DNA of 62,072 nt, filler included, from 5 parts of 5 records of this genome joined end to end with filler, not necessarily neighbours in it; one strand, 5' to 3'; shown: positions 18,220-28,676, numbered from the whole stretch's first letter. The notes: generated by a model from the sequence alone, not told the origin. Numbers and translations: made by a program.

Positions 18220-19950
18220 TCAGGTGACGTATTTGACCCATTTATGTGCGGTAACAAAGTTTTCGTGCCGTTCTGGAAAATCGCGTTCGAGCCGCGACAA
18301 AGCCCAGCGTATCACCTGCGGACGTTCGCACCGGTTTGCACACCAGATCATCCGCACCAAAGTCTGCCAACGGCTGCGATCCGCCTTATAGGCCAGATCC
18401 AGCGCCATCAGTTCTGATTTGGGTTCGTCCAGTTCTTTGTGGCAATCCGCCTTTATCAGACAAAGCTCCGCATCGCGGTCCAAAAACTCCGAATGTTGAT
18501 CGATAAGTTCTGCCGCCCTGTCTGGCGCGCCAGCCTGCAAGACACGGGCAGATGTCTCAACCAGAACCGGCAATTGCGTCAACTTTGGATAGTGACCAAG
18601 CAGGGTCACAACAAAGGCCATAATCCCGGCTGTCGCTGCCTCTCCCAAACGGACCGGAACAATCCCATCTTGCTTGAAACTTGGCTCTAACAAGGGGTTT
18701 TCTATGTTGTGATCTGCAAAAAAGCTGATGTATCGACACCGCGCCGCATTCGCCAATGGCCAGAAATCACCCCAGCGAAATTGTGCGGTTTGCAGCGTGC
18801 CCAGCTCAATCACATAGGCATCAGGATTGGCGAACAACATGTTGGTAAATCCCGCTCCGTGATAGGAAATCATCACCTCGGCCTGGGCCATGATCGCCAC
18901 CTGCTCCAGCGGGGACAGGTTTTCAAACACCACATATTCAAAGTCAAACAGCCGCAGATGCTCAAACAGCAGATCCTCGCCCTCCATGTGCCGCGCCCGG
19001 CTTTGGCGATCATCGCGCCCCACAAAGAACCGTTTCGGCAGATGGCTGAAATCTTGCCCCTCGACTGCCGCCAATCCCCGGTTTCGCAGTGCAATCAGCG
19101 GCGAACTGACGCAGTTCATGGCAAGGACCGCCTGACCACTCACATTTGCCAAACCGTCCGCGTCTGCAAACGGTTTTGGCGCATAATCCTCCATTCCACT
19201 GATGCTCTCACGCGGCGCCTGATAGTGCCCGCCCAAAAACTCATAGGTAGATATGACGTTGTCATACTCCTTCGGCGTCCGTTCAAAAAACACCCGCCCC
19301 GCAAGCTCAGGAAACAACGCATCGACAAATGCCTGCGCGAACGGCCTTTGTTTTTCTTCTTGGTTTGGAAAATGGAAATAAACATTTCCCGTGAAATTGA
19401 GCCCATCAAGAACAGTCAATTGTGACAACGACTCTGTGATGAAGTGGTAAAAATTAAACGTGTTCCGGCATTCGATAGCAACGTGTGTATCCGTCTCTAA
19501 CTCAGGCAAAACAGATGGAAGTACACGATTTTTGTTCACATTCTGACAGGCCGCAAGGTAGGTCTGTACCTGATCAACACTGTTTTCCTCCGCCTCTTCG
19601 TTCTCCCAGTGAAACCGGTTGATCAACCGCACACCTGATGCGCCATTGAGCAACATTCGATCATGAACCATGATGTGCGATTTTCGAAAGCTCGCTTGCT
19701 CAAGATAGACCGGGGCGGCGTTGTATTCGATCGCCTTGCTAAAGGTTTTTTGCCGCTTCGTGACCTTCAGAAAGGATCGGATCTTCTTGTTGACCTGCTC
19801 GTGCGCGCTGACGGCGAAACCTTCAATCACCGCCCGCTCTCTGGGCCTCCAGATAAATTCCGGCATGTTCAGCAGAAAAAACCCTGGATCGCTCCAGGGA
19901 TTGTGAAACAAGGTTTCTGGCGGCAACGACAGGTCAATCTTGTTGCGCAC
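18220..19950 (-). CDS. Glycosyltransferase family 61 (DUF563) with TPR-like C-terminus
   Basis: NFYHFITE, RFFVGR, ENLSPLEQVAIMAQAEVMISYHGAGFTNMLFA. Confidence 0.78.
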   Translation of the reverse strand: MRNKIDLSLPPETLFHNPWSDPGFFLLNMPEFIWRPRERAVIEGFAVSAHEQVNKKIRSFLKVTKRQKTFSKAIEYNAAPVYLEQASFRKSHIMVHDRMLLNGASGVRLINRFHWENEEAEENSVDQVQTYLAACQNVNKNRVLPSVLPELETDTHVAIECRNTFNFYHFITESLSQLTVLDGLNFTGNVYFHFPNQEEKQRPFAQAFVDALFPELAGRVFFERTPKEYDNVISTYEFLGGHYQAPRESISGMEDYAPKPFADADGLANVSGQAVLAMNCVSSPLIALRNRGLAAVEGQDFSHLPKRFFVGRDDRQSRARHMEGEDLLFEHLRLFDFEYVVFENLSPLEQVAIMAQAEVMISYHGAGFTNMLFANPDAYVIELGTLQTAQFRWGDFWPLANAARCRYISFFADHNIENPLLEPSFKQDGIVPVRLGEAATAGIMAFVVTLLGHYPKLTQLPVLVETSARVLQAGAPDRAAELIDQHSEFLDRDAELCLIKADCHKELDEPKSELMALDLAYKADRSRWQTLVRMIWCANRCERPQVIRWALSRLERDFPERHENFVTAHKWVKYVT

Positions 19951-20089
19951 GGGCGGCTGGATCTCTCATCAGGTGGTGTTAACCCGATTTTAACACGAAG
20001 AATGCGCCGGTCTAGCAACATCTCTGACGGCCGCCCTCTTTCCTCAGACCGCTTGGTTTTGTACAGACAGGCATGCGGGGGAGAATTCA

Positions 20090-21524
20090 GTGAGCGAAGA
20101 AAAAGTCACGCCGATGATGGCGCAATATCTTGAGCTCAAGGCCGGATATGCCGATGCGCTTTTGTTTTATCGCATGGGTGATTTCTATGAGATGTTCTTT
20201 GATGACGCGGTCGCCGCCGCCGAGGCGCTGGATATCGCCCTCACCAAACGCGGCAAACACGCCGGCAAGGACATTCCGATGTGCGGCGTACCAGTTCATG
20301 CCGCCGAGGGGTATCTGCTTACGCTGATCCGCAAAGGGTTTCGTGTTGCCGTTTGCGAACAAATGGAAAGCCCGGCCGAAGCGAAAAAGCGCGGCTACAA
20401 ATCCGTGGTCAAAAGAGATGTTGTCCGCCTTGTCACCCCCGGCACCCTGACCGAGGAAGCCCTTCTTGAACCACGCCGCCACAACTACCTCGCCGCATTT
20501 GCAGAGGTGCGCGATGCTTCAGCTTTGGCATGGGTCGACATATCCACCGGCGCCTTTCATGTCATGCCACTGGCCACCGTTCGGCTCAGCCCGGAGTTGG
20601 CGCGTCTTTCTCCGTCAGAGTTGATCGTATCTGAGGCGAAAGAGACGGAACTCTCCGATTTAGTCTCTGATTTTGGTCTCGCGCTGACGGGTATCGCACG
20701 ATCTGCATTTGATAGCACAGCCGCGGAAAAACGGATTTGCGATCTGTTTAGCATCGCCACACTTGATGCCTTTGGCGGTTTTTCGAGGGCCGAGATTTCC
20801 GCAATGGGCGCTCTCATCGATTATTTGGAGATAACCCAAAAAGGCAAATTGCCGCTTCTGCGCCCTCCTCAAAAAGAAAGCGAGACACGCAGCGTTCAAA
20901 TTGACGCCGCAACCCGCCGCAATCTCGAACTGACTCACAGCATGACAGGCGGCCGCGCCGGATCGCTTTTGTCGATCATGGATCGCACCTGCACCGCCGG
21001 TGGTGCAAGACTTCTTGAGCGCCGGATCGCAAGTCCATCACGTGCATTAGAGACTGTTATCAAGCGACTTGACGCGATTTCATTCTGCACAGAGCAGCGC
21101 CGGCTGGTACAGGATGTTCGCGATCATTTGCGCAAAGTGCCTGATCTGGATCGCGCCCTTTCGCGCCTTTCTCTTGATCGTGGTGGCCCGCGCGATCTGG
21201 CGGCAATCCGCAATGGGCTCGCCGAGGCGGAGCTTTTGTCAAGCCAACTTGGGTCATCCGAATTGCCCGATCTGTTAGACACCGCTGCCAAAAGCCTGAC
21301 GGGTCATACTGATTTGATCGCACTGCTTGACGCAGCATTGGTGGCAGAGCCGCCGCTATTGGCCCGCGACGGCGGCTTTATTGCCGAAGGTTATAACGAT
21401 GACCTGGATGAATCGCGAAAGCTGCGCGATGAGGGGCGGTCAGTCATTGCAGAAATGCAGCAGAGTTTCGTCTCTGTTACAGGGATTTCGACACTGAAGA
21501 TCAAGCACAACAACGTGCTGGGCT
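20090..21524 (+). CDS. mutS: DNA mismatch repair protein MutS (3' truncated)
   Basis: TPMMAQY, FYRMGDFYEMF, PMCGVP, RLVTPGTL, LKIKHNNVLG. Confidence 0.97.
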
Positions 21525-21624
21525 NNNNNNNNNNNNNNNNNNNNNNNNNNNNNNNNNNNNNNNNNNNNTTAATTAATTAANNNNNNNNNNNNNNNNNNNN
21601 NNNNNNNNNNNNNNNNNNNNNNNN
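21525..21624. other. Artificial contig linker
   Basis: N44-TTAATTAATTAA-N44. Confidence 0.98.
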
Positions 21625-21682
21625 TTAGAGCGCTGGATTGTGGATCCAGAGGTCTCCCGTTCAAACCGGGAAGGCGGTACCA
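21625..21682 (+). tRNA. tRNA-His (GUG), 5' part lost at contig start
   Basis: TTAGAGC (D-arm end), anticodon arm CTGGA-TT-GTG-GA-TCCAG, T arm TCCCG-TTCAAAC-CGGGA, acceptor 3' strand AGGCGGT-A-CCA. Confidence 0.92.
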
Positions 21683-21715
21683 CCTCCCCCTTTTCAGTCT
21701 TCGCCGTCGGGCAGG

Positions 21716-22291
21716 TCAGCGTGATGTCTGATCCGCGACGCAGCGTGCCAACGCGCGTTCACGGGCTTCGGTTTCCTCAAGAAGGCGAGGTTCTGACTGA
21801 TCCATGCACCAGGCATAGTGATCGTTCAGGTCACCGTGCCATGCGTCGCCGGCAAACCCGCAGCCGTTTATTTGATTCTGTTGCGCATGTTCGCGCGCCA
21901 TGCTCGCGTAGCGTCGGCAGTCGAGCCGCTGATCCGTGCAGGACAGAAGCGCCGCTTCGCGGGTCAGGGTCTCTTGCGCGGGCAGGTCGGGGGCTTGGGA
22001 CAGGCACCAGTCCCAATGGGCATTCCAGTCCTGATGCCATGCCTCGCCGGTATTGCCGCATTGGGCTTGCAGATTGACCTCTGCCTGCTCGGTCGCACGC
22101 CCCGCATATCGGTGGCAATACTGTTCCAGGGCCCGGATATTCGGCGGCGGCGTTCGCATCACATAATCCCAGGTGTAGTCATCGCGCAGGACGACTTGCG
22201 CGCCGTCGGGCAAGGTCACGACCTGATCCGCCAGACCGCTGATTGCGCCAAGGCCGAGGATGGTTGCCAAAGCCAGAGTTGCCGGTTTCAT
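21716..22291 (-). CDS. Secreted protein with DUF3157-like N-terminal motif and two 60-aa four-Cys repeats
   Basis: Signal peptide; VTLPDGAQVVLRDDYTWDY; repeats C59-C118 and C125-C184. Confidence 0.8.
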   Translation of the reverse strand: MKPATLALATILGLGAISGLADQVVTLPDGAQVVLRDDYTWDYVMRTPPPNIRALEQYCHRYAGRATEQAEVNLQAQCGNTGEAWHQDWNAHWDWCLSQAPDLPAQETLTREAALLSCTDQRLDCRRYASMAREHAQQNQINGCGFAGDAWHGDLNDHYAWCMDQSEPRLLEETEARERALARCVADQTSR

Positions 22292-22386
22292 GATCGCCTC
22301 CCCATGGTGATTTCATGGGGAAATCATTGCAAACCGATCCGGCCCGAAGCCATGATCTGCATCAAGCCCGGGCCGGAACCAATTGG

Positions 22387-23889
22387 TCAGATGTCGAAGG
22401 TGACGCCCTGCGCCAGCGGCAGCTCGGCGGAATAGTTCACCGTGTTGGTCTGGCGTCGCATATAGGCCTTCCACGCGTCAGACCCGCTTTCGCGCCCGCC
22501 ACCGGTTTCCTTTTCACCTCCGAAAGCACCGCCGATTTCCGCACCCGAAGGCCCGATATTGACGTTGGCAATGCCACAATCGGACCCGTCATCGGACATG
22601 AACCGCTCTGCCTCGCGCATGTTCATGGTGAACACACAGGACGACAGGCCCTGCGGCACGGCGTTTTGCATGTCCAGCGCCTCGTCGAAGCTGTCATAGG
22701 ACATGACATAAAGGATGGGCGCGAAGGTCTCGGTCTTTACCACGTCGCTTTGCGACGGCATCACCGCAATTGCGGGCTGCATGTAGACGCCGCCCTCAGG
22801 CACATCCTTGGTCACGCGCGCGCCGCCATACACCGTTCCGCCAGATTGGCGGGCAACGGTCAGCGCCTGCTCCATCGCCTGCCCCGCAGCTTCATCCACC
22901 AGCGGGCCGACCAGCGTTCCCGCTTGCAAAGGATGGCCAATGGGCAGGCCCGCATAGGCCTTGACCAGACGCGTCACCAGTTCATCCCGGATCGAGTGGT
23001 GCACGATCAGGCGGCGCAGGGATGTGCAGCGCTGCCCGGCGGTGCCGACGGCGGAAAAGACGATGGCCCGCACGGCCATTTCCAGATCGGCAGAGGGCGC
23101 GACGATCATCGCGTTGTTGCCGCCCAGTTCGAGGATCGACCGGCCAAAGCGCGCCGCGACACGCGGGCCAACGGCGCGGCCCATGCGGGTCGATCCGGTG
23201 GCCGAGATGATCGGCACGTCTGCGCTGTCCACCAAGGCTTCACCCAGATCGGCGCGGCCAATGATGGTCTGCAACAGCCCGTCGGGCGCATCATCCCCTA
23301 ACCGGGCCACGGCACGGGCAAAGATATTGGCACAGGCCAGCGCAGTCAGCGGCGACTTTTCAGACGGTTTCCAGATCACCGGGTTGCCGCAAACCAGCGC
23401 CAGCGCGGTGTTCCATGACCAGACCGCGACGGGGAAATTGAAGGCGGTGATGACGCCCACGGGCCCCATCGGGTGCCATGTTTCCATCATCCGGTGGCCG
23501 GGCCGTTCCGAGGCGATGGTAAGGCCATAAAGCTGGCGGCTGAGACCCACGGCGAAATCACAGATGTCGATCATCTCCTGCACTTCGCCAAGCCCTTCAG
23601 AGGTGATCTTGCCGGCCTCGTAGCTGACCAGCCGGCCCAGATCGTCCTTGGCGGCGCGCAGTTCTTCACCCAACAGGCGCACCAGTTCCCCCCGGCGCGG
23701 CGCAGGCACGGTGCGCCACGCTTTGAACGCGGTCTGGGATGCGGCGATGATGGCGGGCATGTCGCTGGCCTGTGTCTCCGCCAGATCGGCCAGCACCGCG
23801 CCGTCAATGGGCGAGGTGACGGTCAGGCTGCCGCCGGTCAGCATGTCTTCGGTCAGGCCGAGCGCGGCCAGCGTGTCTTTTGCAGTCAT
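22387..23889 (-). CDS. Aminoadipate-semialdehyde / piperideine-6-carboxylate dehydrogenase (ALDH7 type)
   Basis: GEVQEMIDICDFAVGLSRQL, TAFNFPVAV, LELGGNNA, GQRCT, GAEIGGAFGGEKETGGGRESGSD. Confidence 0.93.
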   Translation of the reverse strand: MTAKDTLAALGLTEDMLTGGSLTVTSPIDGAVLADLAETQASDMPAIIAASQTAFKAWRTVPAPRRGELVRLLGEELRAAKDDLGRLVSYEAGKITSEGLGEVQEMIDICDFAVGLSRQLYGLTIASERPGHRMMETWHPMGPVGVITAFNFPVAVWSWNTALALVCGNPVIWKPSEKSPLTALACANIFARAVARLGDDAPDGLLQTIIGRADLGEALVDSADVPIISATGSTRMGRAVGPRVAARFGRSILELGGNNAMIVAPSADLEMAVRAIVFSAVGTAGQRCTSLRRLIVHHSIRDELVTRLVKAYAGLPIGHPLQAGTLVGPLVDEAAGQAMEQALTVARQSGGTVYGGARVTKDVPEGGVYMQPAIAVMPSQSDVVKTETFAPILYVMSYDSFDEALDMQNAVPQGLSSCVFTMNMREAERFMSDDGSDCGIANVNIGPSGAEIGGAFGGEKETGGGRESGSDAWKAYMRRQTNTVNYSAELPLAQGVTFDI

Positions 23890-23905
23890 GATCTTGATCC
23901 TTGTC

Positions 23906-25015
23906 TCAGGCGGCGCTTACCAGGCGGGTCAGTTCACCCTTGCCGTAGTAGCGGCCGAATTCGGTCTGCATGAAATCGTTCAGGCTGACGTCCTCTTGCC
24001 GGACGAAGCCTTGTGCGGACAGTTTGCCCTGACGCATCAGGTCCATCACGCCAGTGACGCCCGCCGCTGTTGTCAGCTGGATCGCACCCCAGGTCTTGCC
24101 GTTGACCTGACCGGCCAGCGATTTGTTGACGAAGCTGCGTTCGCGGTACTCGCCGTCGATCCAGCCCGTCGCGGTGGAGAAGATCAGCACCACGTCCTGA
24201 TCGGTGCGGGGCAGGGCGGTCTCGAATATCTGGCCCATCAGGTCGCGGCGGGTGTCCAGTTGCAGGTCTTGCAGCAGCATCTTGATGATGGCGCGGTGAC
24301 CGGGATAGCGGATCGTCCGGTAGGACACTTTACGCGCCTTGCCCAAAAGCGTTTCGGTCAGGGTGCCAAGGCCGCCAGACGTGTTGAAGCATTCGTAATC
24401 TACCCCGTCGAGGCCGAATTCCTCTAACGATTCCAGCGGTGCGGCCTTGATCCGCTCGCCACCCTCGATCACGTCGCAGGGGTTGCAGTATTCGTTGATC
24501 AGCCCGTCGGTGGACCATGTCAGGTTGTATTTCAGCGCGTTGGTCGGGTAGAGCGGCAGCGCGCCAACCCTAAGCGCCAGCGTGTCGAGCTTGTCGAACT
24601 GCGCCGCCAGATGTGCGCCCGAGATGCCGACAAAACCCGGCGCCAGACCGCATTGCGGCATGAAGGCGGTTTTGCTGTCCTTGGCCAGTTCGCGCACGGC
24701 CTCGGTCGCGGCCACGTCCTCGGTCAGGTCAAAATAATGCGCGCCAGCGGCCTTGGCGGCGGCGGCAATTGTGGGCGTCAGGAAGAAGGGCGCGGCGCTG
24801 ATCACCGCGTCGAACCCGTCCAGCGTGCGGGTCATGGCGGCCACATCGCTGGCATCCGCCTGCGCCACCTTGAACCCTGCCTGCTGGAAGGGCGCGAGGT
24901 TGGCGAACTCGGCGTCGACGATGGTTACGGAATAGTTGGGTGATGCTTTCAAAAGCTCGGCAATCATTGTGCCGATCTTGCCAGCGCCGACGATGCAAAC
25001 GGTCCAGTTGCGCAT
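23906..25015 (-). CDS. Saccharopine dehydrogenase-family protein, likely lysine 6-dehydrogenase
   Basis: [51 protein letters not shown]. Confidence 0.88.
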   Translation of the reverse strand: MRNWTVCIVGAGKIGTMIAELLKASPNYSVTIVDAEFANLAPFQQAGFKVAQADASDVAAMTRTLDGFDAVISAAPFFLTPTIAAAAKAAGAHYFDLTEDVAATEAVRELAKDSKTAFMPQCGLAPGFVGISGAHLAAQFDKLDTLALRVGALPLYPTNALKYNLTWSTDGLINEYCNPCDVIEGGERIKAAPLESLEEFGLDGVDYECFNTSGGLGTLTETLLGKARKVSYRTIRYPGHRAIIKMLLQDLQLDTRRDLMGQIFETALPRTDQDVVLIFSTATGWIDGEYRERSFVNKSLAGQVNGKTWGAIQLTTAAGVTGVMDLMRQGKLSAQGFVRQEDVSLNDFMQTEFGRYYGKGELTRLVSAA

Positions 25016-25122
25016 TTTCCTGCCTCATCTGTGGGGTCATTTCCCAAAGCCTGAGGCAGGATGTGTCGTGTCGTCCTCTACCGATTGTTCGCGGTTGAGA
25101 CGATTTCCGGCAAAATGCCGGG

Positions 25123-25617
25123 CTAGCCCGCGTCGATTGTCGACATCGCCTGCATCTGGCGAAAAATTCGCTCTGCCGTTTCATCCGAGCGGCGATCAAT
25201 GCGACGCCCGAACACCACCGATGTGGTGGTGCGCACGACGCCGGGGATCTCTCCGATCTCGTCGATCAGGATATCGAGGTCTTCCACCCGTGGGGCCTCT
25301 GCCGACAGGAACAGGTCAAACTCGCCGTTGATTGAGAAAACCACTTGGATTTCGGGGTATGTGTTCAGCCGTTGCAGCACCTTTCGGGTGTCTTGCTGGC
25401 GAATCTCCAGCATCATCAGGATCTGCACGGTTTCCTCGCCGGGATTGCGGCTGAGAACCACGGAATAGCCTGCAATGGTGCCGTCCTTTTCCATCCGTGC
25501 AATACGTTCATGCACGGTGGACCGGGCGACCCCGAGGGCCTGGGCGATATTCGACGTGGATTCGCGGGCATTGCGCTGAAGTTCACGGATGATCCGTTTA
25601 TCGAGTGTATCCCGCAT
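25123..25617 (-). CDS. Lrp/AsnC family transcriptional regulator
   Basis: DTLDKRIIRELQRNAR...IAQALGVARSTVHERIARME...GEFD. Confidence 0.93.
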   Translation of the reverse strand: MRDTLDKRIIRELQRNARESTSNIAQALGVARSTVHERIARMEKDGTIAGYSVVLSRNPGEETVQILMMLEIRQQDTRKVLQRLNTYPEIQVVFSINGEFDLFLSAEAPRVEDLDILIDEIGEIPGVVRTTTSVVFGRRIDRRSDETAERIFRQMQAMSTIDAG

Positions 25618-25889
25618 GCATTTTATCGCTTCTTCCGATGAATTGCCGGAAAACTGACGGAATGCGCCGAAATGTCAAGGGTTCTGGCGGCGCGCGCTGG
25701 AATGGCGGCTCCGCCGGCCGGATCACACCTTCGTGAGCAGCATTTTACCCGCAAGTCATGGAATGCTGCCATTGCACGGCGGCGGGAATCGTTGCAGCAT
25801 CAAGACTCGGAAAAACAAGGTTGTTTTGGATTGGGACGGGGTCTGAAACGAGCCGGGGACCAGATATTTTGGAGCTGGATTTAGACGGA

Positions 25890-27647
25890 ATGACATTTAC
25901 AGGAAAACGCGCACTGAATGCGGTCGGGCTGAGCGCCCTTTTCATGATTTTCACGGGCTCCGCTTTCGCCAATGGCATCGGCTTGCCCGATGAAGAAACG
26001 CTTCAGGCCCAGATGGAGGTCTATAACTCTGACGCACCGGGGTCGATCTACGCGCTGCAGCCCTTCCGCAACGAGATGTCGCTGACCGGTGACAACGGGC
26101 TGGAGATCACGCTGACCTCTATGAACCCGATGGTAAACGCCTGGTTCATCCTGCGTGTGGACAGCGATGACCTGTCTCGCCCGCGCTATTACCATCTTGA
26201 AAACGCCGCGCCTGATTTCTGGCAGATCTCGCTGGAGATGGATGGCGACGATCCGATGATCCTGATCGAGAACGATGGCGACGAGGTGGAATGCGCACCG
26301 TGGGAAGGCCGTAGCCCGGAGCTGGAAGAGGCCCGAGAAGAAACGCTGCCCTACGCCCCGATCTGCGACAGCACGATGTACCTGCGCAACCGCGTGTCGG
26401 GGTCACGGACCACGCGCGAGGCGGTTGCCGAATTCCTGCGCGAAAACGTTCTCTTTGGGGATTCCATCGTCAACCTGATCAAGGGCACCCTGTTCCGCGA
26501 CGCCTATCTTGAAAGCGCGGACGAGTCCGAATCCGAAGACCCCGGCGCAGTCGTCGAAGCGCTCGGTCAGGCCAATCTGGGCCGTTTCCCGGTCATGCGC
26601 GCAGCCCCCGGCTTTGATCTTGTGGGTGCCGAAGGCGGCATGGAGGCGGGCAGCTGGTATCAGGTGGAAGACGCGCCCGGTATCTACGCCAGCATGATGC
26701 AACCCGGCATGATCAGCGACGACATCCTGAACCGATCGGGCGAAACAAACTGGCTGGATGGTGTGGAACGCGGGGCGAATGTCTACCTCGTGGCCTTCGA
26801 CATGCGCGAGTTTGAAATCGGCTATGAGCTTGGCACCGATCACCCCGGGTTCGAATGGTCATCGCGCCCGCACGGGGCAGGCCGCGACTGGTCTATCCCC
26901 GGACCCGATGGCATCAGTTCGCCCGATCCGCTGGTCATGGTGGGGATGCTCAGCCCCTCGCTGACCGACCGGGTCGCCGCGACCTTTACCGGCGGTTACA
27001 AGCGCGATCACGGTGCGTTCCGCTATGGGGATATGGCGACCTTCAACCACGGACATCACTATGGGTTTCTGGTCAACGGCACGGTGCTGAGCCGCCTTTG
27101 GCCGGGGCTCTCGACGATTTACGTCACCAATGACGGCACCTTCGGCATGACCACCTGGTCAGAAGAACTGAACGAGGAACTGCTGCCGCATCTGCGGTTT
27201 GCTCGCCAGAACGGCGTTCCGCTGATCAACCCCGACCCGGAAACCGGTGAAGGCGTGCCCGGAGATCGCGTCACCCAATGGGGCCCTGGCAACTGGTCCG
27301 GGTCCGCGGATGCACAGCTGCGCACCCTGCGCGCCGGGTCGTGCCTGCGAGAGGTCGATGGCCGTCAGTTCCTGATCTACGCCTATTTCTCGACCGCCAC
27401 GCCCTCGGCGATGGCGCGGACGTTCCAAGCCTATCATTGCGACTATGCGATGCTGATGGACATGAACAGCCAGGAACATACCTACATGGCTCTCTACCCC
27501 GAGACCGAGGATGATGACTGGATCGAGGCCGAGCATCTGGTCAGCGGCATGAGCCACGTGGATCAGGACACGCGCAACGGCACGATCCCGCGTTTCGTGG
27601 GCTTCGCTGACAACCGCGATTTCTTCTACCTGCTGAGACGAGAGTAA
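25890..27647 (+). CDS. Secreted hypothetical protein with a phosphodiester glycosidase (NAGPA/DUF2233)-like C-terminal domain
   Basis: Signal peptide ending AFA; AATFTGGYKRDHG, RQNGVPLI, WG..NWSG..RTLRAG, YAMLMDMNS and RDFFYL motifs. The domain call is by eye. Confidence 0.62.
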   Translation: MTFTGKRALNAVGLSALFMIFTGSAFANGIGLPDEETLQAQMEVYNSDAPGSIYALQPFRNEMSLTGDNGLEITLTSMNPMVNAWFILRVDSDDLSRPRYYHLENAAPDFWQISLEMDGDDPMILIENDGDEVECAPWEGRSPELEEAREETLPYAPICDSTMYLRNRVSGSRTTREAVAEFLRENVLFGDSIVNLIKGTLFRDAYLESADESESEDPGAVVEALGQANLGRFPVMRAAPGFDLVGAEGGMEAGSWYQVEDAPGIYASMMQPGMISDDILNRSGETNWLDGVERGANVYLVAFDMREFEIGYELGTDHPGFEWSSRPHGAGRDWSIPGPDGISSPDPLVMVGMLSPSLTDRVAATFTGGYKRDHGAFRYGDMATFNHGHHYGFLVNGTVLSRLWPGLSTIYVTNDGTFGMTTWSEELNEELLPHLRFARQNGVPLINPDPETGEGVPGDRVTQWGPGNWSGSADAQLRTLRAGSCLREVDGRQFLIYAYFSTATPSAMARTFQAYHCDYAMLMDMNSQEHTYMALYPETEDDDWIEAEHLVSGMSHVDQDTRNGTIPRFVGFADNRDFFYLLRRE

Positions 27648-27672
27648 CCCCCAAGCACAAGGAGTGCCCCCT

Positions 27673-28668
27673 ATGAGATATCTCACCCGAACCCTTGTGG
27701 CCCTGATCATTGGCGTCATGGGCGCCGGGGCGGGGGGTGCGCAAAGCCTGCAAGAACTGAACGAACAGATGTTCGATCAGATGCGGCAGGTGCGCGGCGT
27801 GTCCAATGCCGAGATCCAGCGTATCCGGCAGATCTTTGCCGGGTCGTCTTATATCGGGCAAGGCAACCCGGCGGTGACCCGCCATGCGATGACGCCCGAG
27901 GAAGCGGCGGCGCGGATTGGTGGCTCGGTCGCCAGCGTGCAGCAGAGCTATCGCAATGCCAGGTGGGAACGCATCTGCGGCGGCCCCTATCGCGCGCCGC
28001 TCTACGATCCCGCCACCGAAAGCCCCGAGGATGCCGAGGTGTGCGTGGACATGTTCGAGTATCCGAATATCCCCATGGTTTACCCGGTGGTCTGGGTTCG
28101 GGCGAACGAGGCGCATATGCTGTGCGCTGCGGAAGGCGGCCGGATGGGCGATGCCCATGAATGGGAAGGGGCGGCGGCAGGGGCGCTGCTGGAGCCCGAT
28201 TACCGTTTCGATCTGGGCAGTCCGCAGGCCATGCGCGCCTGGCACAATGCGGAATGGGCGCATACGCGCAATACCTATAGCATTGGCCAGTGGCGGTCCG
28301 GGGTCTGCGCGACAGGCAGTTTCAAATCGGCCAGCTGCAATGGCGGCAGTTTCACCGGCTGCGGGTCCAACACTTATCCGGCCGGGTCGTTTCCGCAGTG
28401 CCACAGCCCGCTTGGGGCCTATGACATCGACGGCAATGCGGCCGAGCATATGAACCTGCCGCTGTCACCTGACCAGATGGCCAGCCGCGGGTCCACCACG
28501 CTTGGCGTGACCGAGATGAAGGGCAGCTGGTTCATCTGGGACACGGTCCGCGCGCATGAACATTGGGCCCGTTGGCGGGCGCCGTTCTGGCATGGCAGCC
28601 GGGTGATGTCTCCATCCAGCCATCGGAACTATCACCTTGGGTTCCGATGCTTTTATGACGTCGATTGA
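27673..28668 (+). CDS. Secreted FGE-sulfatase (SUMF1/PvdO, C-type-lectin-like fold) domain protein
   Basis: CVDMFEYPN, PVVWV..EA..LC...GR....HEWEGA, C.SPLGAYDIDGNAAEH, KGSWF, HLGFRC. Confidence 0.8.
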   Translation: MRYLTRTLVALIIGVMGAGAGGAQSLQELNEQMFDQMRQVRGVSNAEIQRIRQIFAGSSYIGQGNPAVTRHAMTPEEAAARIGGSVASVQQSYRNARWERICGGPYRAPLYDPATESPEDAEVCVDMFEYPNIPMVYPVVWVRANEAHMLCAAEGGRMGDAHEWEGAAAGALLEPDYRFDLGSPQAMRAWHNAEWAHTRNTYSIGQWRSGVCATGSFKSASCNGGSFTGCGSNTYPAGSFPQCHSPLGAYDIDGNAAEHMNLPLSPDQMASRGSTTLGVTEMKGSWFIWDTVRAHEHWARWRAPFWHGSRVMSPSSHRNYHLGFRCFYDVD

Positions 28669-28676
28669 GGCGGGGA

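Noticed and set aside
20090-21524. Truncated mutS, ubiE, rbsK, rpoH, betB and P450 as pseudogenes
   Set aside because: All truncations coincide with contig ends.
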